Origin: a bacterium
GTDB lineage: Bacteria; Edwardsbacteria; AC1; EtOH8
Direction of reading: 5' to 3'
DNA length: 50,417 bases
Assembly (NCBI GenBank): GCA_030655055.1
Contig: JAURWH010000110.1
Span: forward strand, 1 to 50,417
Part shown: positions 9,274 to 17,591 of the stretch, piece by piece
Layout: every line of letters starts with the position of its first letter
How positions within the stretch are numbered: the first letter of the stretch is position 1
Notes under the pieces: generated by a model
What the model was told of the DNA's origin: nothing
The model's input: only the letters and a program-made list of their open reading frames with translations
Databases searched by the model: none
Made by a program: the position numbers and the translations under genes

Positions 9274-10186
9274 GGCCATGCCTTCGCACCACGGGATCAA
9301 ACAGGCGGTTAAGTCCCGGACAGCCGACCCCACCATCCGGCTACTGCTGGAACGGGGAAGCTGCCGTATCTTTACGGACAAGAAGATCCCAGCCAAGGTG
9401 CTGGAGCAGGTGCTCGAAGCCGGGTTGCGCGCGCCCACCGGGGGGAACCTGCAGCCTTATTCCATCATCAGGATAGAGAACCAGGCCACCAACGCCAAGC
9501 TGGCCAAGCGCTGCGGACAGCCCTTTGTGGGCCAGGCCCCGGTCAATCTGCTGTTCTGCATCGACTGGCGCAGGCTGGAGCGCTGGTCAAAACTTTCCGA
9601 TGCACCTTTCACCGCCGCCAGTTCCTTCCGTCATTTCTGGATCTCGTTCCAGGACACCATCATCAGCGCCCAGAACATCTGCACCGCGGCCGACGCCCTG
9701 GGCCTGGGCTGCTGCTACATCGGGACGGTGCTGGAGTTCTTTCCGGCGCTCAAGAAAATGTTCAAACTGCCCCAGGGAGTCTTCCCGGTGGTGCTGCTTT
9801 GCCTGGGATATCCCAAGGCAAAACCTGTGCCCCGCAAAAAACTTCCGGTCAAGGTCATGGTCCATTCCGAAAGATACCGGGACTTAAGCGACCGGGAACT
9901 GGTCAAGGCTTTTGACGAAAAATATCCCGGGATGAAGGTGTCCCTCACCCCGGAAAGGCTCAAGGACATGGAGAGGGTCTGCCGCAATACCGGCGGCCCG
10001 GCCCTGGTCAAAAGGGCCCTGGCCAGGATCCAAAAACAGGGATACATCAACCCGGCCCAGCGCTACTTTGGCCTGCACTACAGCGCCGACTACATGCCGG
10101 AAGGCAATGACGGGTATCTGAAAATGATGGAGAAGTTCGGGTTCCATTGGTTCAAGAAATACGTTCCTTACGGGAAGAAGGCATGA
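9257..10186 (+). CDS. Nitroreductase family protein with C-terminal extension
   Basis: 309 aa; SCRIFTDKKIP...LEAGLRAPTGGNLQPYS N-terminal nitroreductase signature; 17-nt overlap with the TPR gene. Confidence 0.75.
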   Translation: MTDKVKAMPSHHGIKQAVKSRTADPTIRLLLERGSCRIFTDKKIPAKVLEQVLEAGLRAPTGGNLQPYSIIRIENQATNAKLAKRCGQPFVGQAPVNLLFCIDWRRLERWSKLSDAPFTAASSFRHFWISFQDTIISAQNICTAADALGLGCCYIGTVLEFFPALKKMFKLPQGVFPVVLLCLGYPKAKPVPRKKLPVKVMVHSERYRDLSDRELVKAFDEKYPGMKVSLTPERLKDMERVCRNTGGPALVKRALARIQKQGYINPAQRYFGLHYSADYMPEGNDGYLKMMEKFGFHWFKKYVPYGKKA

Positions 10187-10809
10187 GATACTGGCGCCAT
10201 GGTCTGATACTCTTCGCCGCAGCGCTGACGGTATCCTGCTCCCCGGCCTATGTTCAGAGAAAGGAGCCGGCCGGCGAGGAGATGCAGGCCCGGCTGGCTT
10301 TGGTCAATTATGCCAAAAGTCTTATAGGCGTGAAGCGGTTGAGCGAGCTGGATAAAAGGTTCAAGAACGACTGCTCGGGATTTGTCAACGGAGTTTATGC
10401 CGTGATGGGCCGGAAGATAAAGTATGATTTCGTCCGCCAGGGGCGGCCGCTCTCGGAGTCGTTGTACCTGACACTCAACGACAAGAATCTGGCCTATCGG
10501 GAAATGCCGCCCCGGCCGGCCGATGCGGTGTTCTTTAAGAACACTTTGGAGAACAGCTACGACAAGATCACTCATGTGGGCTTGGTGGAGGAGGTGCAGG
10601 AGGACGGGACAGTGATCATTCTGCACTACGGTTCGGGCCGGGTGGGCCGGATCAAGATGAACCTGCGGCATCCCTATGACTACAAGAACGACAGGGGTGA
10701 GATAATAAACGATTACCTGCGAAAAAGGGGGGAGCGCCAAAGCAGGGAGGATCTGGCCGGTGCGCTGTATTTTATGTTCGGGGATGCGATCAGGTATACG
10801 ACGCCATAG
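10183..10809 (+). CDS. NlpC/P60-like cell-wall hydrolase lipoprotein
   Basis: Start placed at ATG 10183 (ATGA overlap with the upstream stop), giving MRYWRHGLILFAAALTVSC as a lipobox-like signal; DCSGFVNGVY catalytic Cys context and ITHVGLV His context. Confidence 0.65.
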   Translation: MRYWRHGLILFAAALTVSCSPAYVQRKEPAGEEMQARLALVNYAKSLIGVKRLSELDKRFKNDCSGFVNGVYAVMGRKIKYDFVRQGRPLSESLYLTLNDKNLAYREMPPRPADAVFFKNTLENSYDKITHVGLVEEVQEDGTVIILHYGSGRVGRIKMNLRHPYDYKNDRGEIINDYLRKRGERQSREDLAGALYFMFGDAIRYTTP

Positions 10810-10824
10810 AAATAATATTAAATT

Positions 10825-10862
10825 AAAAAGCCCGAAGGATTTTATCCTTCGGGCTCTTCTTG
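10825..10862. terminator. Bidirectional rho-independent terminator between convergent genes
   Basis: 12-bp perfect stem AGCCCGAAGGAT / ATCCTTCGGGCT (10829-10840 / 10844-10855) with a 3-nt loop; A-run upstream and T-rich run downstream. Confidence 0.65.
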
Positions 10863-10872
10863 TTTCACAAAG

Positions 10873-11673
10873 CTATTTCTGCGACACCCCCGGACACTTG
10901 GTGCACTGCATGCACCGGATGCACTTGGCCGAGACCGGGTCCTTTCTGATATCAATGTCTACCGGGCAGATCTTACGGCAGTCGGCCGGCAGGTGCGGAG
11001 CGTGATGGTTCACCTTGATCTGCAGCAGGGACACCCGGTTGAACAAACCGAAGATGGCTCCCAGCGGGCAGATGAACCGGCAGAAGGGGCGCTTGATGTA
11101 GATGGCGGCCGCGATGGTCCCGGCCAGCAATCCGACCTTGACCCAGAACAGCCAGCCGGTCATCCCCAGTATAGTCGAATACTGCCCCAGTGCCTTGGTC
11201 TTGAAGAAGGCCCAGCCTACTATCGGTATCCCCGCCTCCAGTGTGCCGGCCGGGCAGAGTTTGCTGAACCAGGGTTCCTTGGTGATTGCCGGAATTAGAA
11301 TGGCCACGCCGATCAAAGACACATACCGCCCCCAACCCAGCCAGGAGGGCATGGCCAGCTTGGCCCTTCTTATTTTGGCCAGCAGGTCCTGGAACAGGCC
11401 GAAGGGGCACAAATAGCCGCAGGCCCAGCGCCCCGCCAGGCCGCCCACCAGGAAAAGTATCCCCAGCAGGAAGAAGGGGAAGACCCCGATGATCACGAAG
11501 TGCTGCAGGGTCCCGATGGGACAGGCGAAACTTGCCGCCGGGCAGGCGTAGCAGTTAAGCGAAGGACAGGGCAGGTATTTCAGATAGGGCGCCAAAAAAT
11601 AGCTGTTGGTAACTATCACGGCGGCAATCTGAAGATACAGCCTTTTAACGGGGATGCTCAGGTTCTTGAACAT
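10873..11673 (-). CDS. Membrane-bound 4Fe-4S binding protein (NapH/MauN-like polyferredoxin)
   Basis: 266 aa; repeated CP.G motifs (CPIGTLQ, CPFGLFQD, CPAGTLEAG, CPLGAIFG) in hydrophobic segments, plus C-terminal CRKICPVDIDI...CIRCMQCTKCP ferredoxin motifs. Confidence 0.75.
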   Translation of the reverse strand: MFKNLSIPVKRLYLQIAAVIVTNSYFLAPYLKYLPCPSLNCYACPAASFACPIGTLQHFVIIGVFPFFLLGILFLVGGLAGRWACGYLCPFGLFQDLLAKIRRAKLAMPSWLGWGRYVSLIGVAILIPAITKEPWFSKLCPAGTLEAGIPIVGWAFFKTKALGQYSTILGMTGWLFWVKVGLLAGTIAAAIYIKRPFCRFICPLGAIFGLFNRVSLLQIKVNHHAPHLPADCRKICPVDIDIRKDPVSAKCIRCMQCTKCPGVSQK

Positions 11674-11679
11674 GGCGTT

Positions 11680-12438
11680 TTACGGTTGGTTGAAGAAATA
11701 GTTACCCTTGCGGTCCACCATTATCTGGGGAATGGGTTTGTTGGTTCCAAAGAAATCATAACCCTGCTTCAGGTTGTTCCAGAATCTCAGGAGAACCGGG
11801 TCTTCCCGGTGTTCCTCCAGCAGTTGTTGGTAGCCTGGCCCCTCCATCCGGCAGGGAAATATGTGGACGGGGATCTTTTCCTGTCCGCCGTTTCTGGCTT
11901 CCAGTGCGATCAGATACAGTTCCTTGATCCCCTCGTCGGTGATGGGAATGCAGCCGATGGTCACGCAGTCGCCGTGGATGTAAATGGCGCTGCCGGGATC
12001 GTCCCGGTCGCTTAAAAGCTGGTCGGAGCGGTTGGGGTAGTTCAGGCCCAGCGACAAATGAAAATTGCTTTGGGGGTTGAAATGATTGATGGTGTAAAAC
12101 CCTTCGGGGACCTGGCCGTCGCCGCGCTTTCGCTTGGGACCCAGATCTCCGGATGAGGCGCAGACCGGGTATTCTTTCACCCGGGTCATGGCCTTTCCGG
12201 CAGGATCGGCAGCCCAGAGCTCCAGCAGACCTTCCTGTTTGAATATCCTGATCAAGATCTCCTTTGGGGGATAGGTAAGTTCATGGGCTTTGAACAGTGC
12301 TTTTGCTCCCGGTTCCTTCTGGACATAAGCCTGCCGCACCCGGGAGTTCCTCAGCTGTTCTCTCTTAAATCCGGTCTGGGCCGAAGCCGCTACAATTAAC
12401 AAGGCCAGCGACAGGGTTAAAAGAAGATAGGTCTTCAT
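11680..12438 (-). CDS. L,D-transpeptidase family protein (YafK/YkuD-like)
   Basis: Start taken at MKTYLLLTLSLALLIVAASA (signal peptide); catalytic-type IYIHGD...IGCIPITDEGIKELY motif. Confidence 0.7.
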   Translation of the reverse strand: MKTYLLLTLSLALLIVAASAQTGFKREQLRNSRVRQAYVQKEPGAKALFKAHELTYPPKEILIRIFKQEGLLELWAADPAGKAMTRVKEYPVCASSGDLGPKRKRGDGQVPEGFYTINHFNPQSNFHLSLGLNYPNRSDQLLSDRDDPGSAIYIHGDCVTIGCIPITDEGIKELYLIALEARNGGQEKIPVHIFPCRMEGPGYQQLLEEHREDPVLLRFWNNLKQGYDFFGTNKPIPQIMVDRKGNYFFNQP

Positions 12439-12929
12439 TCTACGGTCAATGCAGTTATTGCTTGTTTGCATCTAGGGTAAAGCTTCAATAGTTCTTTCCG
12501 GCTGCCTTGCCGGTAATCGGCGAAATCGAATCCCGGGAAAACGGTTGTTCCCAGCAACGCAAAGCGGCCGCCTTTTACAAGCCGCGAGCCCTGCCAGACG
12601 TTCTTGGGAACCAGGAACTGAGGATGCTGGCCTTTTTCGATGTCCGGCCCAAGGATCACCTTCCGGGACCTGCCGCCGGGGTATAGCAGCAGCATCTCCA
12701 CCGGATCGCCGAGATAAAAGTGAAAGATCTCATCGGAACAAACCAGGTGCATGGCCGAAAATCTATCCGGCGTTATCAGATAGTAAATTGAGGTTCCTAT
12801 GCTGCGTTCGACCCCGGGCCCGCCGCCCACTTTCAAGGCCGAACGGTAGGTCTCCCGGTAAAGCCCGCCTTCCTGGGGCAGGGGCTTGAGCTTTAGAAAC
12901 TTCATTATCCTTTGGACTGTCAGCATCAA
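12435..12929 (-). CDS. Cupin superfamily protein (DUF985)
   Basis: 164 aa; LKPLPQEGGLYRETYRS matches the DUF985 motif (PHPEGGYFRETYRS-like); 4-nt overlaps with both neighbours. Confidence 0.75.
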   Translation of the reverse strand: MMLTVQRIMKFLKLKPLPQEGGLYRETYRSALKVGGGPGVERSIGTSIYYLITPDRFSAMHLVCSDEIFHFYLGDPVEMLLLYPGGRSRKVILGPDIEKGQHPQFLVPKNVWQGSRLVKGGRFALLGTTVFPGFDFADYRQGSRKELLKLYPRCKQAITALTVE

Positions 12930-13315
12930 CGATTCCCAATTGCTTTAATTGCCAGCCATGCCAACAAAGCCAGGCTTAACAGCCAGACCAGCACCACCAC
13001 GGTGGCGGCCTTGCGGCCCAGCGAACCTGTTCCCTGAAATTTCTGCCAGGCTTTCTGCCGGCATTCCTTCATTATATCAGCCGGAATGAGCCTGACCGAA
13101 AGGGCGACCCCCAAAGGCACCAGCACCAGGTCATCCAGATAGCCGATCACCGGGATGAAATCCGGGATCAGGTCAATGGGGCTGACGGCGTAGGCCACGG
13201 TGGCCGCCGCCACCGCCTTGGCGTACCAGGGGACCCTCGGGTCCCTATAGGCCAGGTACAGTGCGTAGGTCTCTTTCTTGAGGTCTTCGGCCTTTTGTCT
13301 CAGCGCTTTAAGCAT
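12926..13315 (-). CDS. DUF1232 (YkvA-like) membrane protein
   Basis: 129 aa; YAVSPIDLIPDFIPVIGYLDDLVLVP is the DUF1232 core signature. Confidence 0.8.
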   Translation of the reverse strand: MLKALRQKAEDLKKETYALYLAYRDPRVPWYAKAVAAATVAYAVSPIDLIPDFIPVIGYLDDLVLVPLGVALSVRLIPADIMKECRQKAWQKFQGTGSLGRKAATVVVLVWLLSLALLAWLAIKAIGNR

Positions 13316-13371
13316 TATCTTCCAATTATATATGGCCGGGGCGAATTATGCAACCAAAACAAAAATAAATT

Positions 13372-13400
13372 TTGACAAATCACATCCCTTGGGTTATAAT
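13372..13400 (+). promoter_or_regulatory. Consensus sigma-70-type promoter (TTGACA-17-TATAAT) placed for a leaderless transcript
   Basis: TTGACA at 13372-13377, exact 17-nt spacer, TATAAT at 13395-13400; the ATG of the downstream gene is at 13407. Confidence 0.55.
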
Positions 13401-13406
13401 CAAATC

Positions 13407-14576
13407 ATGAAATACAAATACATAGTTTTGGGGGCTGGCCGCCAGGGTGTGGCCATAGCCTATGACCTGGCAAAGTTCTGCCAGGCCGGGCCGGTCATAT
13501 TGGCCGACTACGATCTGAAGCTGGCCCAGACCGGGGCGGCCAGGGTCAACAAGCTGGTAAAGCCGGGGATCTCCAGGGCGGTCAAGGCCGACGCCGGGGA
13601 TCCGGCCGCGCTCAAAAAGCTGTTTGCCGGGGCCGATTGCGTGGTCAGCGCCGTGCCCTACCACTACAACTACGGCGTGGCCAAAGCCGCGGTGGAGGCC
13701 GGAGCCAATTTCTGCGACCTGGGCGGTAATACGGATGTGGTGCTGAAAGAACTATCGCTCCACAAGCAGGCCAAGGCCAAGGGCATCACCATCGTGCCGG
13801 ACACCGGGCTGATGCCGGGCATGGGCAACACCCTGGCCGCCTACTTCATCAACAAGCTGGACAAGGTGGACGAGATCCACATGCGCTGCGGTGGCCTGCC
13901 CCAAAAGCCCAAGGGCCCGCTTAATTACAAATTAGTTTTCTCGGTGGAGGGCCTGATCAACGAGTATTTCGGTGATGCCTACATAGTCAGGAACGGCAAG
14001 GTGGCCAAGGTCCCGACCTTCGCCGGTCTGGAGGTCATAGAGTTCCCCAGGCCGGTGGGAAAATGCGAGGCCTTCGTTACCAGCGGCGGAACCTCCACCG
14101 CGCCCTGGACCTTTGCCGGCCGGGTCAAGGAATACGACTACAAGACGGTTCGCTATCCGGGGCACCACCAGAAGATCAAGACCCTGCTGGAGCTGGGCTT
14201 CTTCGACCAGGCCCCGCTGGAGGTCAAGGGGCAGAAGGTGATACCCCGCCGCTTAAGCCACGCCCTGATCACCAAAGCCATTGATTTCCCCAAGGACAAG
14301 GACCTGATAGTGCTGCGGGTAACGGCCCTGGGAAAGCTGAACGGCAAAAAGGTGGAGGCCAAGATAGACATCATTGATTTCCAGGACGACCGGACCGGGT
14401 TCACCGCCATGGAGCGGACCACGGGGTTCCCGGCGGCCATAGTGGCCCATCACTTAGTGCAAGGGCTGGCGCCCAAGGGCGCGGTGCCGCTGGAGAGGTC
14501 CATAGACCCGGTGCTGTTCATTAGGGATTTCAAGAAACGGGGGATTGCGGTCAAGGAGACCGTCAGGAAGATATGA
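13407..14576 (+). CDS. Saccharopine dehydrogenase family oxidoreductase
   Basis: Start at MKYKYIVLGAGRQGVAIAYDL (Rossmann GxGxxG). The track ORF begins at 13278, but that extension overlaps the divergent gene and the promoter. SAVPYHYNYGVAKAAVEAGANFCDLGG motif. Confidence 0.85.
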   Translation: MKYKYIVLGAGRQGVAIAYDLAKFCQAGPVILADYDLKLAQTGAARVNKLVKPGISRAVKADAGDPAALKKLFAGADCVVSAVPYHYNYGVAKAAVEAGANFCDLGGNTDVVLKELSLHKQAKAKGITIVPDTGLMPGMGNTLAAYFINKLDKVDEIHMRCGGLPQKPKGPLNYKLVFSVEGLINEYFGDAYIVRNGKVAKVPTFAGLEVIEFPRPVGKCEAFVTSGGTSTAPWTFAGRVKEYDYKTVRYPGHHQKIKTLLELGFFDQAPLEVKGQKVIPRRLSHALITKAIDFPKDKDLIVLRVTALGKLNGKKVEAKIDIIDFQDDRTGFTAMERTTGFPAAIVAHHLVQGLAPKGAVPLERSIDPVLFIRDFKKRGIAVKETVRKI

Positions 14577-14612
14577 AGAAGGTAAGATAAAACCTGTTAA
14601 CAAATATAAATC

Positions 14613-14645
14613 AAACCCGGCGTATTTTAAATACGCCGGGTTTTT
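14613..14645. terminator. Bidirectional rho-independent terminator
   Basis: 10-bp perfect stem CCCGGCGTAT / ATACGCCGGG (14616-14625 / 14631-14640), flanked by AAA and TTTTT. Confidence 0.7.
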
Positions 14646-14675
14646 CAGTGCTGTTTTGAGATCATTTTATTAAGA

Positions 14676-15017
14676 TCAAACTGATCTCAGGGCTTTGCTT
14701 TTCCGAACATCACGCAATGGTAACTTAGAATACGGTTGTTTTCTCGCTGTCTGTGTATTGGTCTTAGAATGTAATTTATATTTTCCAGGATTCTCGAGAT
14801 TATCTATTTCCAAATCAACATCCAGGTCTGGCCAATATAAGTGGTAACCATGCAGCAACTGGACATTTTGTATGGAATTCAAGGTCTGGTCTTTGAAATA
14901 AGGATACTGGAGAAAACTCAGAAAGTATTCTTTTTCTTTTACAAAGAGCCAAATGCCGAAGGGCGTGATATTTTCAACGCTCAATAAAATGCTTTTGCCA
15001 GGCGGTAATGATTTCAT
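14676..15017 (-). CDS. DUF2442 domain protein
   Basis: 113 aa; FGIWLFVKEKEYFLSFLQYPYFKDQTLNSIQNVQLLHGYHLYWPDLDVDLEIDNL fits the DUF2442 pattern (..W..lD.D...); AT-rich gene. Confidence 0.7.
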   Translation of the reverse strand: MKSLPPGKSILLSVENITPFGIWLFVKEKEYFLSFLQYPYFKDQTLNSIQNVQLLHGYHLYWPDLDVDLEIDNLENPGKYKLHSKTNTQTARKQPYSKLPLRDVRKSKALRSV

Positions 15018-15228
15018 CTTTGTGTTTCTCCACGATATTCTGAATATCCTTCAGTTTTCTTTGGTTTAATCCATGATTTACTGCCAGCGAGACGATGGGC
15101 TCAAGCCAGAATTTGGCTTCTCCGGTTTCGCAGGTAACATGGATGTGTATGCGTTCTTCCTCATTAGAGAGGAAATAAAAGCGATACCCTTTTTCCCGGA
15201 ATATTGACGGACTCATGCTTATAAACAA
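14974..15228 (-). CDS. DUF4160 domain protein
   Basis: 84 aa (likely start MSPSIF at 15216); GYRFYFLSNEEERIHIHV...EAKFWLEP fits the DUF4160 pattern; overlaps the downstream DUF2442 ORF by 44 nt. Confidence 0.7.
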   Translation of the reverse strand: MFISMSPSIFREKGYRFYFLSNEEERIHIHVTCETGEAKFWLEPIVSLAVNHGLNQRKLKDIQNIVEKHKDEIITAWQKHFIER

Positions 15229-15247
15229 GATAGATTGTTAAGTTAGT

Positions 15248-17512
15248 TCAGCCCTTCAAAACATTCCACCATTTATGCTGCCGGTCCCGTTTTTTCTTGG
15301 CGCCGTCATCGGCATAATAATAATTATAATGGTAATAATAATCGTAACTGCCGGCCAGACCGGAGAGCTCGATCTTATTCAGCACCACGCCCAAAATATT
15401 GGCCTTGAGGTTGGTCAGAATGGTCTTGGCCCGAAGCAGGGCCCGTTTGTCGGTGGCGTGAGACTTGACCACCAGCACCAGCCCGTCCACCTGGGGGCTT
15501 AAGACCGCGGTGTCGGTGACCGTGATCACCGGCGGGCTGTCGAACAGCACCAGGTCAAATTGCTGGCTTAAGAGTTTGATCAGGTCGCGCATTCTCTGCG
15601 AGCCCAGCAGTTCCGAGGGGTTGGGCGGGATGGCTCCGCAGGTCAAAATGGAAAGGTTCTCCACCCCCGAGGGCTTGACCACTTTTTCCAGGGCCAGGCG
15701 TTCGGCCAGCAGGTTGCTTAACCCCGGTTCCCGCTCCAGTCCGAACAGCGAGTGGACCACCGGTCTTCTAAGGTCGGCGTCCACCAGCAGGGTGCGGATG
15801 CCGGACAGGGCGGTGGTGATGGCAATATTGGCGGCCGAGGTGGACTTGCCTTCGGAGGGCGCGGCCGAGGATATGACCACGGTCTTCAAGGGGTCGTCGA
15901 TCCGGGAGAACTGGATGTTGGTCCTTAGGGAGCGGTAGGCTTCCGAAACGTGGGAGCGGGGGGTGTATTTGGTGACCAGGGTGGCCGAGATCCGGGCCAC
16001 CTCGTCCGACCCATTCTTGCGAAATGTTTTGCCCTCCTCGGAATGAATGGCCGGGATCAGTCCCAGCACCGGCATCCCAAAGTTGTGCTCGATGTCCTCC
16101 ACCGTTTTCACCGAATTATCAAGCGAATCCAAAAAGAACGACAGCCCCACTCCCAGGGTCAAGCCCACCACCAGCCCGATGGCGAAGTTCAGCACCTTGC
16201 GTGGTTTGATGGGGAACTGGGGCGGCTGGGCCCGGTCTATCACCCGGACGTTCCCGATCTTGCCGGCCTCGGTGATCTTGGCCTCCTCGTGCTTCATCAG
16301 CAGCAGCCGGTAAACGCTTTCACCCACCTCCTTGGCCCGCAGCAGACGGGCCAGCTGCAGTTCCTTGTTGGGAAGCTTGGAAAGGCCGAAATCGTACTGG
16401 GACAGGATGGTCTTTAAGGCTGTTTCCCTGGCTGTCATGGTGGCCCGCTGGATCTCCAGCGGCGGGATCTGGTCCAGCAGCGACTGGATCTGGGGCATCG
16501 GCGAAAGCCGGTTCTTCTGGGTTATCTTCTGCAGTTCCTCCAGCAGCCGGGACTTGACATTGGCGATCTGGACATTAAGGTTCTTGATCTGGGGGTGGTC
16601 GGGAGCATAGCCCTTGACCTGCAGTTTGATGATCTCCATCTGCAGATTTACCAGGCTGCTGCGCAGGCTGTCGGCCATGGAGCCGGCGCTTAAGGGCAGG
16701 CTGTTCTCGGTCAAGGCGCCCTGGTCCTTAAGCTGGTCGTAGATGGCGGTCAGCCGGCCTTCGATGCTCTGGCGTTCGGTGGAGGCCGCGATCATCTGCT
16801 TGTCGGCCTCGGTGGCCCGGGACAGGATCTCCTTGCCTTCGTCGGAGAGCGAGACCACCTGGTTCTGGGACTTGAAATTTTTGATGGCCTCTTCGGCGGT
16901 ATTGAGGGTGGACTCCACCGAGGGCAGCTGGGCCTCTATGAATTTGCGGGTGGAGGAGGCCTGTTCCCGCTTGACCGAAGCGCTCCGTTCCTTGATGACC
17001 TCGGCCACCAGGTTGGCGATATTGGAGGAGGCTTCCGGGGTGGGACCCTGTACTTTCACCAGGATCACGTCGGAATCACGGATGGGTTCGGCGGTGATGC
17101 TTTTTTTGATGATCTGGGTCAGCCGGTAGCTTTGTTGTTGGGGGCTCAGGCTGCGGTCCCGTCCCCGCAGCAGCAAAGGTGAATATTCCGGGTCCAGAAG
17201 CCGGACCACTTCCTCGGCCAAGCTGCGGGACTTGATCTCCTCGATCTGGTTCACTATATAGCTCTTGCGGGAGAAGGCCTCGGAGATGTCGAAGGAGGGG
17301 AGCGGCTCCCGGCTTTGCTCAAAGATGATGGTGGTTTGGGCCTCGTAGACCGGGGGCATGGTGAAATTTGCCAGGACTATTGGCAGCACCACCCCCAGCA
17401 GACAGGCCGTTATCAGCAGCCTGCGCCGCCACAAAAGGTCTATCAGCTCGTAAATGTTGGACTCGCTGGTCCGGGTCTTTAAATCCTGGTTCAAATGTTT
17501 GGCTTTCATCAA
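15248..17512 (-). CDS. Polysaccharide co-polymerase / tyrosine autokinase (Wzc, PCP-2a-like), copy 1
   Basis: 754 aa; N-terminal TM plus Wzz-like coiled periplasmic region and a second TM (FAIGLVVGLTLGVGLSFF); kinase Walker A SSAAPSEGKSTSAANIA, A' LLVDADLRRP, B DLVLFDSPPV; Tyr cluster YDYYYHYNYYY at the C-terminus. Confidence 0.9.
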   Translation of the reverse strand: MMKAKHLNQDLKTRTSESNIYELIDLLWRRRLLITACLLGVVLPIVLANFTMPPVYEAQTTIIFEQSREPLPSFDISEAFSRKSYIVNQIEEIKSRSLAEEVVRLLDPEYSPLLLRGRDRSLSPQQQSYRLTQIIKKSITAEPIRDSDVILVKVQGPTPEASSNIANLVAEVIKERSASVKREQASSTRKFIEAQLPSVESTLNTAEEAIKNFKSQNQVVSLSDEGKEILSRATEADKQMIAASTERQSIEGRLTAIYDQLKDQGALTENSLPLSAGSMADSLRSSLVNLQMEIIKLQVKGYAPDHPQIKNLNVQIANVKSRLLEELQKITQKNRLSPMPQIQSLLDQIPPLEIQRATMTARETALKTILSQYDFGLSKLPNKELQLARLLRAKEVGESVYRLLLMKHEEAKITEAGKIGNVRVIDRAQPPQFPIKPRKVLNFAIGLVVGLTLGVGLSFFLDSLDNSVKTVEDIEHNFGMPVLGLIPAIHSEEGKTFRKNGSDEVARISATLVTKYTPRSHVSEAYRSLRTNIQFSRIDDPLKTVVISSAAPSEGKSTSAANIAITTALSGIRTLLVDADLRRPVVHSLFGLEREPGLSNLLAERLALEKVVKPSGVENLSILTCGAIPPNPSELLGSQRMRDLIKLLSQQFDLVLFDSPPVITVTDTAVLSPQVDGLVLVVKSHATDKRALLRAKTILTNLKANILGVVLNKIELSGLAGSYDYYYHYNYYYADDGAKKKRDRQHKWWNVLKG

Positions 17513-17591
17513 AGATGTTGATAATTGGGCAAAAAGTCAAATCTCTTAACGGACCTTCTTCTCTGTTCGATTTCTGGGAACCTTTGCCGGA

